DNA of 64,000 nucleotides from Nitrospirota bacterium. Its GTDB lineage: Bacteria; Nitrospirota; Thermodesulfovibrionia; Thermodesulfovibrionales; Dissulfurispiraceae. Both the position numbers and the translations under genes were made by a program. How positions within the stretch are numbered: the stretch's first letter is position 1; each line of letters opens with the position of its first letter. Location: contig CAWBMP010000004.1 of the NCBI GenBank assembly GCA_963790025.1, positions 1,184,001-1,248,000 of the forward strand. Direction: 5' to 3'. The notes beneath the pieces are model-generated. The model was not told where the DNA came from. It made no database searches and was given only the letters and a program-made list of their open reading frames with translations. Shown here in pieces: positions 11,191-22,310 of the stretch.

Positions 11191-11970
11191 ATGCCAGGAC
11201 AAATTCATAAAACAGCAATTGTTAGCCCTAAAGCCGAGATTGCCGAGACAGTTTCTGTCGGTCCTTTTTGTATGGTAGGTGAAGACGTAATAATCAAAAA
11301 GGGTTCGAAGCTTATTTCAAATGTGATTATCGAAGGGAACACCGAAATCGGTGAGCACTGCACCATTTACCCTTTTGCCGCAATCGGTTTGCCGCCTCAG
11401 GACCTTAAATACAAAGGCGAAAAAACCGGTGTCAAAATCGGCAAGCGAAACATAATCAGGGAATACACGTCAATACACAGGGCATCCGTTGGTGGCGATC
11501 GAGTGACCGAGATTGGAGATGCAAACTTCATTATGGCCTATGTCCATATAGCACATGATTGCAAAATAGGCTCCTCCATTGCAATGGCCAATGCCGCTAC
11601 CCTGGCAGGTCATGTCGTTGTAGAGGATTTTGCATTCATTGGGGGAGTTGTAGCCATACACCAGCATACCCGCATAGGCGCATATTCCATGGTCGGGGGG
11701 TTCAGTGGAATAGGGCAGGATATCCCTCCATACACAATGGCTTCCGGAGCGCGTGCAAAACTTTATGGACTGAATGTTATAGGATTAAAGAGACACGGTT
11801 TTTCAGACGAGGCAATTGCCAATCTTAAGAAGGCCTATAAGATCCTGTTCAGAGAGAAGCGGACTTTAAAAGATGCTTTAAAAAAGATTCAATCCGAGCT
11901 TTCCGGAGCAGCAGAGGTCGATAGGCTCGTGGAGTTTATCGAGAAAAATAAAAGAGGCATATGCAGATAG
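11191..11970 (+). CDS. lpxA: UDP-N-acetylglucosamine O-acyltransferase
   Basis: PQDLKYKGE, HIAHDC, LAGHV, GLNVIGLKR. Confidence 0.98.
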   Translation: MPGQIHKTAIVSPKAEIAETVSVGPFCMVGEDVIIKKGSKLISNVIIEGNTEIGEHCTIYPFAAIGLPPQDLKYKGEKTGVKIGKRNIIREYTSIHRASVGGDRVTEIGDANFIMAYVHIAHDCKIGSSIAMANAATLAGHVVVEDFAFIGGVVAIHQHTRIGAYSMVGGFSGIGQDIPPYTMASGARAKLYGLNVIGLKRHGFSDEAIANLKKAYKILFREKRTLKDALKKIQSELSGAAEVDRLVEFIEKNKRGICR

Positions 11971-12779
11971 GTATTATTGCCGGGACCGGTGAACTCCCTG
12001 AACTTATCGCAAGAGATGCTAAAGACCGTGGCTACAAAGTTATTACTATAGCACTGGAGAATCTTGCGTCTTCAGTGCTGAATGATATTTCTGATGAGAT
12101 CAAATGGATTAACGTCGGCAAATTGGGCGCTCTGATAGATGCCCTGAAAGATTCCGGGGTCAGCGAGGCCATTATGGCGGGGAAGGTCCCCAAGTCACTT
12201 CTTTACAAATCTAAAATCTCCCCTGATTTGCGTGCCGTCAAACTTCTCTTTTCCCTTAAGGACACCAGCGACGATTCCATCCTTAACGCGCTTGCGAAAG
12301 AGCTGGCAAAAGAGGGAATTAACATAATTGACACCGCAGCCTTCAGTTCGCACCTTCTAACACCGGCAGGGGTCTTGACCAGAGTTGCCCCTTCAAAAGA
12401 GGAATGGGCCGAAATCGAGTTCGGATTTAGAATTGCAAAAGCTATCGGTGAGCTGGATATCGGCCAGACCGTTGTTGTAAAAGGAAAGGCAGTAATGTCA
12501 GTGGAGGCTATCGAGGGCACCGATGAGGCGATACTCAGAGGAGGGAAATTGGCGGGTGGTGGGGCGGTAGTGGTTAAAGTCAGCAAACCCCAGCAGGACA
12601 TGAGACTCGACGTCCCAGTCATCGGTCCAACCACCCTGCAATCGATGATTGACGTCGAGGCCCGGGTACTTGCCATAGAAGCGAAAAGAAGTATAATTAT
12701 ACATAGGGGCAAATTAATCAGGGAGGCGGAGGAATCGGGCATATCAATTGTCGGATTGCCGCCGCAAAAGATAGAGTGA
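11961..12779 (+). CDS. lpxI: UDP-2,3-diacylglucosamine hydrolase LpxI
   Basis: GIIAG.GELP, DIGQTVVV, EAIEGTD, KPQQDMRLDVP. Confidence 0.93.
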   Translation: MQIGIIAGTGELPELIARDAKDRGYKVITIALENLASSVLNDISDEIKWINVGKLGALIDALKDSGVSEAIMAGKVPKSLLYKSKISPDLRAVKLLFSLKDTSDDSILNALAKELAKEGINIIDTAAFSSHLLTPAGVLTRVAPSKEEWAEIEFGFRIAKAIGELDIGQTVVVKGKAVMSVEAIEGTDEAILRGGKLAGGGAVVVKVSKPQQDMRLDVPVIGPTTLQSMIDVEARVLAIEAKRSIIIHRGKLIREAEESGISIVGLPPQKIE

Positions 12780-13780
12780 CACATATCGCCGCCATTAGAG
12801 CTGGCATGCATACGGTCAATAAAAACTGGCAGTTGATTTTTGTCCAGCTCATCACACTGGTTTTAAGCGGCTTGAGTTTTTTTATTATCGTGGGGCTGCC
12901 CATAGCCATCGCCTTCATCATGTTCGGGCTTGACCTCACGGAAATACTGCGCCTTAAAGATCTGGTAAGCGTATTTCAGGGATCTGCAGAGCTGCTGGAC
13001 AAATACTTTGCCATGGCACTGATCATACTCTTCAGTCTTCTTGTTTATCTGGCGTTTATCCTTGCAGTATGGGTCTACTCTATGGGTGGAATAATAGGGA
13101 TACTTGCCAAATCAATCCTGAACGAAATCGACAAATTCAGTCTGAAAATATTTTTCTCCGAAGGAAGACGTCTCTTTTTCGCTTTGTCGGTCTTTTCATC
13201 CATTATCGGCATCATATTCCTCATTATTGCCTTCTTCCTCGGCATTTTAGTCGGTGGCGCGTCAACGGTCATTGATCATGCAAAGAGCTACGAGGCAACG
13301 TTCGGGCTATTTATCAGTTTTTTCCTCTCGATGGTACTCATGTCCATCGGGATGGTCCTGATTCTGCTCACGCTCTCGGAAACAACATACGGGGTCGCTA
13401 ACCTTGCCTTTCACCATGCCGGGTCCATAGCCGCAATAAAAGATACGGCAATCTATCTTTATTCAAGGCCGGCTGCGATCGGCTTTTACACTGTTCTTCT
13501 GCTCGGATATATGGCAATCGGCTTCATAGTCGTCCTGATCGGCGCCCCCCTGACTTTTGTTCCGGTTATCGGACCCTTGCTTTCGCTCCCCTATCAATTG
13601 CTCACTTACATGTTTCAGGGGTATTTAAGCCTTATTATGCTTGCCTCTATATTCCATTATTACAAGGGCGATGTTCCCTCAGTACACCGGCTGTCCACAG
13701 AGGGTCCTGATATTTTTCAAGACAAAGAATATGCGCCAGCTCCTCCTCCCGATCAGACAGCGGGGCCTGAAGCAAGCTGA
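12776..13780 (+). CDS. Multi-pass membrane protein of unknown function
   Basis: About 6 hydrophobic segments; GTGA overlap with the lpxI stop. Confidence 0.7.
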   Translation: MTHIAAIRAGMHTVNKNWQLIFVQLITLVLSGLSFFIIVGLPIAIAFIMFGLDLTEILRLKDLVSVFQGSAELLDKYFAMALIILFSLLVYLAFILAVWVYSMGGIIGILAKSILNEIDKFSLKIFFSEGRRLFFALSVFSSIIGIIFLIIAFFLGILVGGASTVIDHAKSYEATFGLFISFFLSMVLMSIGMVLILLTLSETTYGVANLAFHHAGSIAAIKDTAIYLYSRPAAIGFYTVLLLGYMAIGFIVVLIGAPLTFVPVIGPLLSLPYQLLTYMFQGYLSLIMLASIFHYYKGDVPSVHRLSTEGPDIFQDKEYAPAPPPDQTAGPEAS

Positions 13781-14459
13781 CACCGAACAGGATTTCGAAA
13801 GATTTCACCAGATGTTTCTTGAACGCCTCCTGGTCGAAATCATAAAGCAGGTCATTTAATCCCGCGGAACCGGCAGAAGGCGCAATATTTTTAAACACCA
13901 AGGTAAGTGCTGCGTGATCTATTGTTAACGGTATCGAGCCCTGCTGTAAAAAGCCTTCACCCCATCGTTTCTGAGCCGAGCCGATAAGTTTTTTCCCGTC
14001 AATGGTCAACTCCCCATAAGATGTGGATTCAAAGCAGAGCGGGTTTTTTGCAAGGTGCATTCCCTTCTCCCGCTCGACTTTCATCTTAACGGGAAGTCCC
14101 ATTTTTTCCAGCCCCAGCGAAAACGCACTGCTTATATGCCTGTAAGACCCAAGAAGCCCCTGAGAGAACAGGCCCTCGTTTTTTGCAGAAAAACTATACG
14201 TAAGCTCCTCTCCATGGAGAATACCCCTTCCACCTGTCGGTCTTCTTATAACCGGCACATCATGCGCAGCACAATAGCGGGTATCGATATCGGTGATCTT
14301 CTGAAATGCGCCGATACTGACGGACGGCCGCCGCCAGCAGTAAAGACGCAGGGTTGGAGGCGAGTCGCCATTCCGGACTGCAGCAGAAATGGCCTCGTCG
14401 AGGGCCATATTATACGCTGCATCACAGGGTCCGGAATCTATATATCGCCAAGTGGTCAT
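13647..14459 (-). CDS. Lipoate-protein ligase A / LipM-type octanoyltransferase
   Basis: NMALDEA, PTLRLY, RRPTGGRGILH, GKKLIGSAQ. Confidence 0.9.
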   Translation of the reverse strand: MTTWRYIDSGPCDAAYNMALDEAISAAVRNGDSPPTLRLYCWRRPSVSIGAFQKITDIDTRYCAAHDVPVIRRPTGGRGILHGEELTYSFSAKNEGLFSQGLLGSYRHISSAFSLGLEKMGLPVKMKVEREKGMHLAKNPLCFESTSYGELTIDGKKLIGSAQKRWGEGFLQQGSIPLTIDHAALTLVFKNIAPSAGSAGLNDLLYDFDQEAFKKHLVKSFEILFGVSLLQAPLSDREEELAHILCLEKYQDPLWTAGVLREHRPCNNGI

Positions 14460-14494
14460 ATTCAGAATTCAAATAGGTTGCAAATGCAATGAGT

Positions 14495-14630
14495 GTAATG
14501 AAGGATATATCCTCGCTACAGGCACAAAATTCAGCCCTTCGGGCTAAGGTTTCGCTCCTGCTACACGCTTACTCGCCTAGAACTGCTACCAAGACTCCAC
14601 GATTCGCTCCAGAGATAAATCCTTAATTAC
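14495..14630. repeat. 136-bp MITE/REP-like element with terminal inverted repeats
   Basis: GTAATGAAGGATATATC ... GATAAATCCTTAATTAC (15/17 inverted match); internal AGCCC-TTC-GGGCT hairpin. Confidence 0.5.
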
Positions 14631-14655
14631 CCCGGCCGGACTGCAGATTTTATCT

Positions 14656-15843
14656 TCATTCAAAATCCGCATAGATCTCGCTGAACTTGATCCCGGCAAC
14701 GACTTTCTTATGATACTTGGCATGGAGTATACTATGCCCTTCTTTAAGCTCGTTGGATTTGATACCGTTTTCCAAGGCGAGGAATGTTTCTATAAACGCT
14801 GCAAGGTCATCAGTTGCCTTGATTAGTTCTCCGTCCCTGGGATTATACTCGTCCCTATTGAATTTGCGAGTTATCTCTTCGGACGCCGTGTTTTGATACC
14901 GTCCGTTTATCTCGACTATGCTCGAAAATTCATTCTCCGTAAACATCTTCATTTCCCGATGCCATAACTGGGGAATCAGAGCGTACACTTCTTTTTCCAT
15001 CTGTTCTTTCTCATATTCTTTAATAAGTTCTTCCAGTCCGCCGACGGACCTCTTTACCGGAGAAATTATATCACGGGTCAGCACCTCCGGCAGATCATGA
15101 AAAAGACCCGTGAAATAATTATTGATACAACGCCTATTGCAAGCCCGTATCCCAAGAGAGAACAAGTATGACAGCACTGCCACGATAAGCATATGCCCGA
15201 GCACAGATGTCTTAGGCACCCTGTGGATATGGCTCCACCTCAGTTGAAACCTCAATTGCCCGCACAAATCGATAAAATTTCTGAATTTTGCATAAAGAGC
15301 TAACTGCTGTATGCCTTTTAAGTCATAATATTTTTCCTGCTCGCTCCTCAGACTGCTCTTAATCTGCGGTATCTCAAACCCTTCGGGATTAGCGCGCTCT
15401 ATAATGTCAAATTCCCATTTTGTTGCATAAAAGTGGGCTGCTCTTAAAATCTTTCTGTTAAGCGTATCATCAGTATTTGCAAAGTAGTCCCTGAATTTAC
15501 AGCAAAAGTCCTCTCCCAACGGCGATATTACAGGCTGCAGCTTTTCATATACCCAGTCATTCATTTCGCGATATTTAACATTATCTTCTTTTATCTTATA
15601 AAAAATCTGCGGCTTCAGATCGGTAAGAACAAGACGTTGCAGAAATTCGAAAATACCTCCCTCAATTATTTCAATCCAATCGAACTCCGGCCGGTCTTCC
15701 TCGAATTTCCCCAAAAAAAACGCCACAATCATTTTGTGGGCCTGCTTGTCAAGTTCCCTCAACTCCACTGGGCGTATTTTATCGTTCCAGCGCTGCATAT
15801 TTGCAGCATCAAAAATCTTGAGCACCAGGGGTTTTCTGATCAC
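14656..15843 (-). CDS. HD-domain protein (YfbR-like, tandem HD)
   Basis: MQRWND, RWS...SVLGH, FHDLPEVLTRDIISPVK. Confidence 0.85.
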   Translation of the reverse strand: MIRKPLVLKIFDAANMQRWNDKIRPVELRELDKQAHKMIVAFFLGKFEEDRPEFDWIEIIEGGIFEFLQRLVLTDLKPQIFYKIKEDNVKYREMNDWVYEKLQPVISPLGEDFCCKFRDYFANTDDTLNRKILRAAHFYATKWEFDIIERANPEGFEIPQIKSSLRSEQEKYYDLKGIQQLALYAKFRNFIDLCGQLRFQLRWSHIHRVPKTSVLGHMLIVAVLSYLFSLGIRACNRRCINNYFTGLFHDLPEVLTRDIISPVKRSVGGLEELIKEYEKEQMEKEVYALIPQLWHREMKMFTENEFSSIVEINGRYQNTASEEITRKFNRDEYNPRDGELIKATDDLAAFIETFLALENGIKSNELKEGHSILHAKYHKKVVAGIKFSEIYADFE

Positions 15844-16031
15844 TTTTTTTCTTCGAGAAGTATCTTATGCCTGAGCAGCGATATTTCTTTTAAGTGGCCC
15901 TCAAATGTCTTCTGCTCACCGAAAAGGTTCCTGAGAAAAATAGTGCCGCCCTCGGGGATCAGGACATCTACGTTTTCAAGGTATAGGTCCTCTTTTCCAT
16001 CTTTATAAATATATGCATTGGCTTCACACAT
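15840..16031 (-). CDS. CooT-family small nickel-binding protein
   Basis: MCEANAY start, LFGEQK, H near the C-terminus; about 63 aa. Confidence 0.75.
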   Translation of the reverse strand: MCEANAYIYKDGKEDLYLENVDVLIPEGGTIFLRNLFGEQKTFEGHLKEISLLRHKILLEEKK

Positions 16032-16440
16032 GCACAACCTCCTTTATGCGTTCAATCAGTTTTTCTATCAAATGAGGCAGAGGTTCTTTTGCCGTGCCTA
16101 AAACCTCGACGTCCTCCTGGTTCAAAGGGAGCAGTATTTTTTTGGCTGGGGAGGAAGCGATTGCCTCCGCCACCTTTGGGGTGAGCTCACCCATCATGCC
16201 ATTTGCCATCATGATACTTAGAGGTCCGGTTATGATATCAACTCTGCGGGAATTCCATCTTATAGCATTTTCTCCGGTAGCGCCCTTGTTAGCACGCGAC
16301 TTCATCATTGCTGTAGTGGCGGTGGAGTTAGTACCGAGTGCTATGATTTCTATTCTATCTCCCAGTTCTTCTTTTAATCGCTTGATTATAAGGCCCCCGA
16401 TGCCCCCGCCCTGCCCGTCTACTACCGCTATTCTTGTCAT
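16024..16440 (-). CDS. DUF3842 family protein
   Basis: IAVVDGQGGGIG, ALGTNSTAT, GATGENAI. Confidence 0.85.
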   Translation of the reverse strand: MTRIAVVDGQGGGIGGLIIKRLKEELGDRIEIIALGTNSTATTAMMKSRANKGATGENAIRWNSRRVDIITGPLSIMMANGMMGELTPKVAEAIASSPAKKILLPLNQEDVEVLGTAKEPLPHLIEKLIERIKEVVHV

Positions 16441-16500
16441 ATTTTTAAGTATACCTTAATAAACAGGCTAAAAGCGAAGACGGTCAATCCTCTAACTTTT

Positions 16501-17769
<1,269 letters not shown>

Positions 17770-17845
17770 TTATCTCCTAACTTCATTTTTTTAGAAAATC
17801 CACGAATAAATAAGAAATCGTAATGATATAATAATATAACGCACT

Positions 17846-19585
17846 ATGATTAATCTCAAGATTACAAGTCTCCTTGATGGGAACCTCTCGCTTGACATGG
17901 CCCAGGGCAAATCTGTGTTGCTCAAGCCGGGAGAAATCTTAAAAGCAGAAGTTGTAAATGTCCTGCAATCAGGAGATCTAGTCCTCAAGATACAGGGCGA
18001 ACTCATTACCGCAAAAACCGAAGTGCCTTTGCAGCTGGGGGATACAGCTTTCTTTAAAGTATCTGATTCCCCAACATCTCCAAATCAGCTCAAACTTCAG
18101 TTCGTCGGCTTCGAGGACACTTCACATGGCGTTTCACTTCCCGAAAACTTCATGTCTACCACTCAAGGGCAGACCCTCGCCGGACTCATTCAGGAGCTGT
18201 CGGATAGTCTGTCGGCGCAGAACCTGAAATCGTCACTTGCCGAAAACCAAAGCAGTACCCAACCTCTTGCCCAGCAGGAAGGGACCCCCAATGCACCCCA
18301 GAAAGTCTCCGACTTTCAGGGGACCCCTGCAGCGAGCGGCAAAACAGATACGTTCCCTCTCGATAAAGTTGAAAGCCTTTTAAAGGCGCTGCCGTCCGAT
18401 ATTAATGTTTTGCCGGATGGGATAAAAACACAGTTGCAGGACCTCTTGCTTTCGAGCCTCAAATCAACGGGCCAGAGCATTCAGTCACGTCTTGACACGG
18501 CGCTGGACCAGCTTTCCGATACACTGAAAAACTCCCCTGTTGCCGAAAATTTCAAGGCAGATATAATGGTAAGTATGGAAAGGCTCCTTTCCTCACCACT
18601 TAAGGATGCAATTCTGAATACCGGGGTCGCTCTCGAAGCAAAGCTCAAATCAGCAGCATCGGCAATGCAGCTCAATCCTGTCGATATGCAGGAAGAGACA
18701 GAAGTATCTGCCGGGATTCCGGTTAGGGATGCAATTCTGAATACCGAAGTTGCTCCCGAAGCAAAGCTGAAACCAGAAGTTTTTACAATGCAGTTTAATC
18801 CTGTAGATGTGAAAGAAGAGACAGGGGTATCTGCCGGGATTCCGGATTTGCGACAAAGCGCGGAAGTTGTCAATGTCTCAGACAAGGCCAACACATCGGG
18901 CGGGGCAAACGATTCCGGCAAGGCCGGCGAGAACTTGATGCCAAGTCAGGCAGATGTGACAACCAATAAATCTGAAGACAAATCCGTGGTCTCCTCTCCT
19001 TTTCCTGCTCTTCAGAATGACCTGAAAGCAGTGCTTCTGGAATTGAAACAGCGGCTTGCAGTGTCGGCAGAAATCAGACAGGCCCCGCAAGACGCTAAAG
19101 CACCTGTTGGGGCGAAAGAAATGGTCCGCGACTCAGCTGCTTTAAAAGGACTGCAAGGTACGATCGAAGGTCTTCTGAAAGATGTCGAAACGTTTCAGGC
19201 TCTTTCTAAAACTACGGACTCATTCTACACCTTTCTTCCTGTCAATTGGAAGGAATTGAAGGATGGCGAGTTGTCATTCAAGCGGGGACGAGCAGGGACG
19301 ACAGGGGGCGACTCGTGCTCCTGCAGGATAAATCTTGATCTCGCCGACGCTGGTAACCTTTCGATACTGGTTTTGATGCATAATAAAGACTTCTTTATCT
19401 CTTTTAAGGCTGACAGTCCGGAAACCCATTCTACGATAGACACCGGTTTGGAGGAGCTTAGAACTTCGTTCGCGCAAAAGGGTCTGAGCCTCAAAGCTGC
19501 CCATATTCTCGACAAAACCGATACATCAATGGAAAAGCTCGATAAACTCGGTTCGTCTGATCGGATAGTAAGCATCAAAGCATGA
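17846..19585 (+). CDS. Flagellar hook-length control (FliK-like) protein
   Basis: Low-complexity middle, [10 protein letters not shown] and DLKAVLL motifs, C-terminal T3S4-like domain; coupled to an FlhB-C gene. Confidence 0.7.
   Translation: MINLKITSLLDGNLSLDMAQGKSVLLKPGEILKAEVVNVLQSGDLVLKIQGELITAKTEVPLQLGDTAFFKVSDSPTSPNQLKLQFVGFEDTSHGVSLPENFMSTTQGQTLAGLIQELSDSLSAQNLKSSLAENQSSTQPLAQQEGTPNAPQKVSDFQGTPAASGKTDTFPLDKVESLLKALPSDINVLPDGIKTQLQDLLLSSLKSTGQSIQSRLDTALDQLSDTLKNSPVAENFKADIMVSMERLLSSPLKDAILNTGVALEAKLKSAASAMQLNPVDMQEETEVSAGIPVRDAILNTEVAPEAKLKPEVFTMQFNPVDVKEETGVSAGIPDLRQSAEVVNVSDKANTSGGANDSGKAGENLMPSQADVTTNKSEDKSVVSSPFPALQNDLKAVLLELKQRLAVSAEIRQAPQDAKAPVGAKEMVRDSAALKGLQGTIEGLLKDVETFQALSKTTDSFYTFLPVNWKELKDGELSFKRGRAGTTGGDSCSCRINLDLADAGNLSILVLMHNKDFFISFKADSPETHSTIDTGLEELRTSFAQKGLSLKAAHILDKTDTSMEKLDKLGSSDRIVSIKA
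18600..18845 (+). repeat. Intragenic tandem duplication with a 123-bp (41-aa) unit
   Basis: GGATGCAATTCTGAATACCG at 18604 and 18727; both units end GTATCTGCCGGGATTCCGG. Confidence 0.9.
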
Positions 19586-19854
19586 TTGACAAACGTAAAA
19601 AAGCGGCGGCGTTACGATACAAACCTGATAAAGATGCCGCTCCCAAGGTTGTTGCAAAAGGGAGCGGGGCCATTGCTGAAAAAATACTCGCCATAGCGAA
19701 AGAGCACAATATTCCATTAAAAGACGATCCGCAGCTTGTAGAAGTGCTTTCAGCACTGGATCTCTATCAGGAGATTCCGCCCGACCTATACAAGGCAGTC
19801 GCCGAAGTGCTCGCGTTTGTCTATAAAATGACAAAGAAAGTCCCTAAGCTGTAA
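19582..19854 (+). CDS. FlhB C-terminal-domain-only protein (EscU/YscU/HrcU-like)
   Basis: [32 protein letters not shown]. Confidence 0.92.
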   Translation: MIDKRKKAAALRYKPDKDAAPKVVAKGSGAIAEKILAIAKEHNIPLKDDPQLVEVLSALDLYQEIPPDLYKAVAEVLAFVYKMTKKVPKL

Positions 19855-19862
19855 CAAGAAAT

Positions 19863-19955
19863 AACCACAGAGAGCACTGAGAAATACTTTGAGCACTCTG
19901 AAAAGACTTTATGTAATTTTTTATACAAAAGAATTCCTCTGTGCGCTCTGTGGTT
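19863..19955. repeat. Intergenic inverted repeat pair (REPIN-like)
   Basis: AACCACAGAGAGCACTGAG ... CTCTGTGCGCTCTGTGGTT (17/19) around an AT-rich spacer. Confidence 0.75.
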
Positions 19956-19989
19956 TGAGATTTTTGATGTTTAATAAGGGTAATGGGTA

Positions 19990-20646
19990 ATGAGCAATAG
20001 TGAGAAAAGGGCCCTGCTGAAAATATATGATAAACTCTTCTCTTTTTATGGTCCCCAGCATTGGTGGCCAGGAGATAGCCCTTTCGAAGTTGCGGTAGGT
20101 GCTATTCTCACCCAGAATACAAATTGGTCAAATGTCGAAAAAGCAATCGTCAACCTTAAAGCTGCACGTCTTCTCAGTGCCCGTGCACTGAACAGGGTCC
20201 CAACTACGCAGCTTGCTTTACTAATACGTCCGTCGGGATACTTCAATATAAAAGCAAAGAGACTGAAAGCATTCCTGGCTTTTCTGTTGAAGGCATATCG
20301 CGGCAGTTTGAAAGAGATGGGAAAAGGCGACACTGTTTCACTCAGGCGGGCACTCCTTAATGTGCACGGCATAGGGCCTGAAACAGCCGATTCAATTCTC
20401 CTATATGCCCTCCACAAGCCCGTGTTCGTTATCGATGCCTATACAAGACGGGTCATGTCCAGGCACGGCATAATGGACTATGGCTCCTCTTATGATGAAT
20501 ACCAGCTCATGTTCCACCGGATGCTTGAAAAAGATATCAGTTTCTTCAATGAATATCATGCCCTTCTTGTCATGGTGGGCAAGGATTTCTGCAAGCCCAA
20601 GCCTCTTTGCGGGCGATGCCCTCTGTGCGATGAGCGACGTGCCTAG
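19990..20646 (+). CDS. Endonuclease III-like HhH-GPD protein
   Basis: GAILTQNTNW, GIGPETADSILLY, VIDAYT, C-terminal Cys cluster. Confidence 0.9.
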   Translation: MSNSEKRALLKIYDKLFSFYGPQHWWPGDSPFEVAVGAILTQNTNWSNVEKAIVNLKAARLLSARALNRVPTTQLALLIRPSGYFNIKAKRLKAFLAFLLKAYRGSLKEMGKGDTVSLRRALLNVHGIGPETADSILLYALHKPVFVIDAYTRRVMSRHGIMDYGSSYDEYQLMFHRMLEKDISFFNEYHALLVMVGKDFCKPKPLCGRCPLCDERRA

Positions 20647-20666
20647 GCATTATATTTTTTCCAAAA

Positions 20667-20701
20667 ATGTAATACTTCTGTAACACAGTTTATGCAATAA
20701 T
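20667..20701 (+). promoter_or_regulatory. Pho-box-like 7-4-7 direct repeat plus extended -10 upstream of the PhoH-family gene
   Basis: ATGTAAT-ACTT-CTGTAAC followed by TG-C-AATAAT. Confidence 0.5.
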
Positions 20702-20903
20702 AAAGAAGAAGATGGAATGCGATAACCGTGATAATCCTATCGTAGAAACCTCGGATAGTCAGCAGCATCCACTTTTCGTCTCTCTCGCTACATTTCCAGC
20801 CCCACCGAGCTCTCACGTCTCTTCTCTTGAAGATTTGAGTGTCCGGTCGGAGATTCCAATATTGAGTTTAAAAAGAATTTACACACCTGTGGAGGGCAAG
20901 CAG

Positions 20904-22187
20904 ATGAAAAAAATTTTTGTGCTGGACACAAATGTCCTGATCCATGACCCTACCTCAATCTACAAATTCGACAACAACGATGTGACCATTCCTTTTGTCG
21001 TGATAGAGGAACTGGACAGCCTGAAAAAAGGGCGGGGGGAGATCGCTGCTTCTGCCAGACAGGCACTTAGAATAATAGACGAATTAAGGGAAAAAGGTTC
21101 TCTCTCATCAGGAGTCACAATGGAATCAGGCGGCATTATGAAAGTATGCCTGCCGGAAAATAAGTCTTCGGCAAAATTTCTGGACAATGGGACAGAGGAC
21201 AACCAGATCATAAAAACCGCGCTCGATATTTCAAAAAAAAATCCGGCGGATGCAGAAGGAAATACGCTTCCGGTGATACTAGTCTCAAAAGATACAGCGG
21301 TCAGAATAAAGGCCGAATCGCTGGGAATTCCTGTCGAGGACTACAAGAATGATAAGACCTCACTTTTCCAGCAGTATGGCAAGGTACTTATCAACGGCGA
21401 CGATACCAACGGAATCTTTTCCCAGCGCTATTTGCTGTCTGAAAACGGTTTGTATAAGCTGACGGGAAAAGATAAACTCAAAGCCGTGAAGCGGTCCAAG
21501 GAGTTAATGGGCATAGGGCCTCGAAATCTGGAGCAGGAGTGCGCAGTAGATGCGCTGACAGATCCTTCAGTCGAAATAGCAGCGCTTATAGGCAATGCGG
21601 GCACGGGCAAAACCCTTTTCGCGCTTGCCGCCGGACTTCATCAGACATCACAGATCACAAGGAAATCCGCGCTTTACGAACAGGTCATCGTCTCGAGGCC
21701 GATAGTTCCCATGGGCAATGATCTTGGCTACCTGCCGGGAGATATAGATGAGAAACTTACACCGTGGATGCAGCCGATTTTCGATAATCTGGAGGTCATC
21801 GTCAACACGCCGAGGGGCATAATAAAAGACAGGACCAATGCGTCCTCTCTAAAGAGCTATCAGTATCTTATGGATGCTGATCTCTTGCAGGTTGAACCGC
21901 TGACCTACATAAGAGGTCGCAGTCTGCCCAAGCGTTATTTCATCATTGATGAAGCGCAAAACCTCAGACCTATCGATGTCAAAACTATTGTCACCAGGTG
22001 CGGCGAGGGAACAAAAATAGTTTTTACTGGCGATCTCAATCAGATCGACACACCTTATCTCGACAGGACGAGCAACGGCCTTGCGTATTTGATAAGCCGC
22101 TTTATTAATGAGGAGAATTTCTGCTTTATCAATCTGAAAACAAGTGTGCGGTCAAAACTGGCGGAACAGGGCGCGCACCTCCTGTAA
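20904..22187 (+). CDS. PIN-PhoH (PhoH2-type) protein
   Basis: FVLDTNVLIHDP PIN start, GNAGTGKT, GYLPG, YIRGRSL, DEAQN, GDLNQID; start at ATG 20904 after GGAGG. Confidence 0.93.
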   Translation: MKKIFVLDTNVLIHDPTSIYKFDNNDVTIPFVVIEELDSLKKGRGEIAASARQALRIIDELREKGSLSSGVTMESGGIMKVCLPENKSSAKFLDNGTEDNQIIKTALDISKKNPADAEGNTLPVILVSKDTAVRIKAESLGIPVEDYKNDKTSLFQQYGKVLINGDDTNGIFSQRYLLSENGLYKLTGKDKLKAVKRSKELMGIGPRNLEQECAVDALTDPSVEIAALIGNAGTGKTLFALAAGLHQTSQITRKSALYEQVIVSRPIVPMGNDLGYLPGDIDEKLTPWMQPIFDNLEVIVNTPRGIIKDRTNASSLKSYQYLMDADLLQVEPLTYIRGRSLPKRYFIIDEAQNLRPIDVKTIVTRCGEGTKIVFTGDLNQIDTPYLDRTSNGLAYLISRFINEENFCFINLKTSVRSKLAEQGAHLL

Positions 22188-22210
22188 GGAAGAGATCGGC
22201 AAGTGTAGGA

Positions 22211-22267
22211 TGCAGTAAGGTTTTAGAATTGTGCAATAAAGTTTTGCATTTCATGCAGTAAAGTTTT
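22211..22267 (+). repeat. Three 14-bp direct repeats TGCARTAARGTTTT
   Basis: Copies at 22211, 22232 and 22254 (21-22 bp period). Confidence 0.8.
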
Positions 22268-22270
22268 GTT

Positions 22271-22306
22271 AAGGGGTTGCCTCTGAAATCGGGGCAACCC
22301 TTTTTC
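22271..22306 (+). terminator. Rho-independent terminator after the PhoH-family gene
   Basis: GGGTTGCCTC...GGGGCAACCC followed by a T-run. Confidence 0.85.
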
Positions 22307-22310
22307 TCTT

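Noticed and set aside
22211..22267. Mini CRISPR array
   Set aside because: Repeats are 14 bp with 7-8 bp spacers, far too short, and no cas genes are present.
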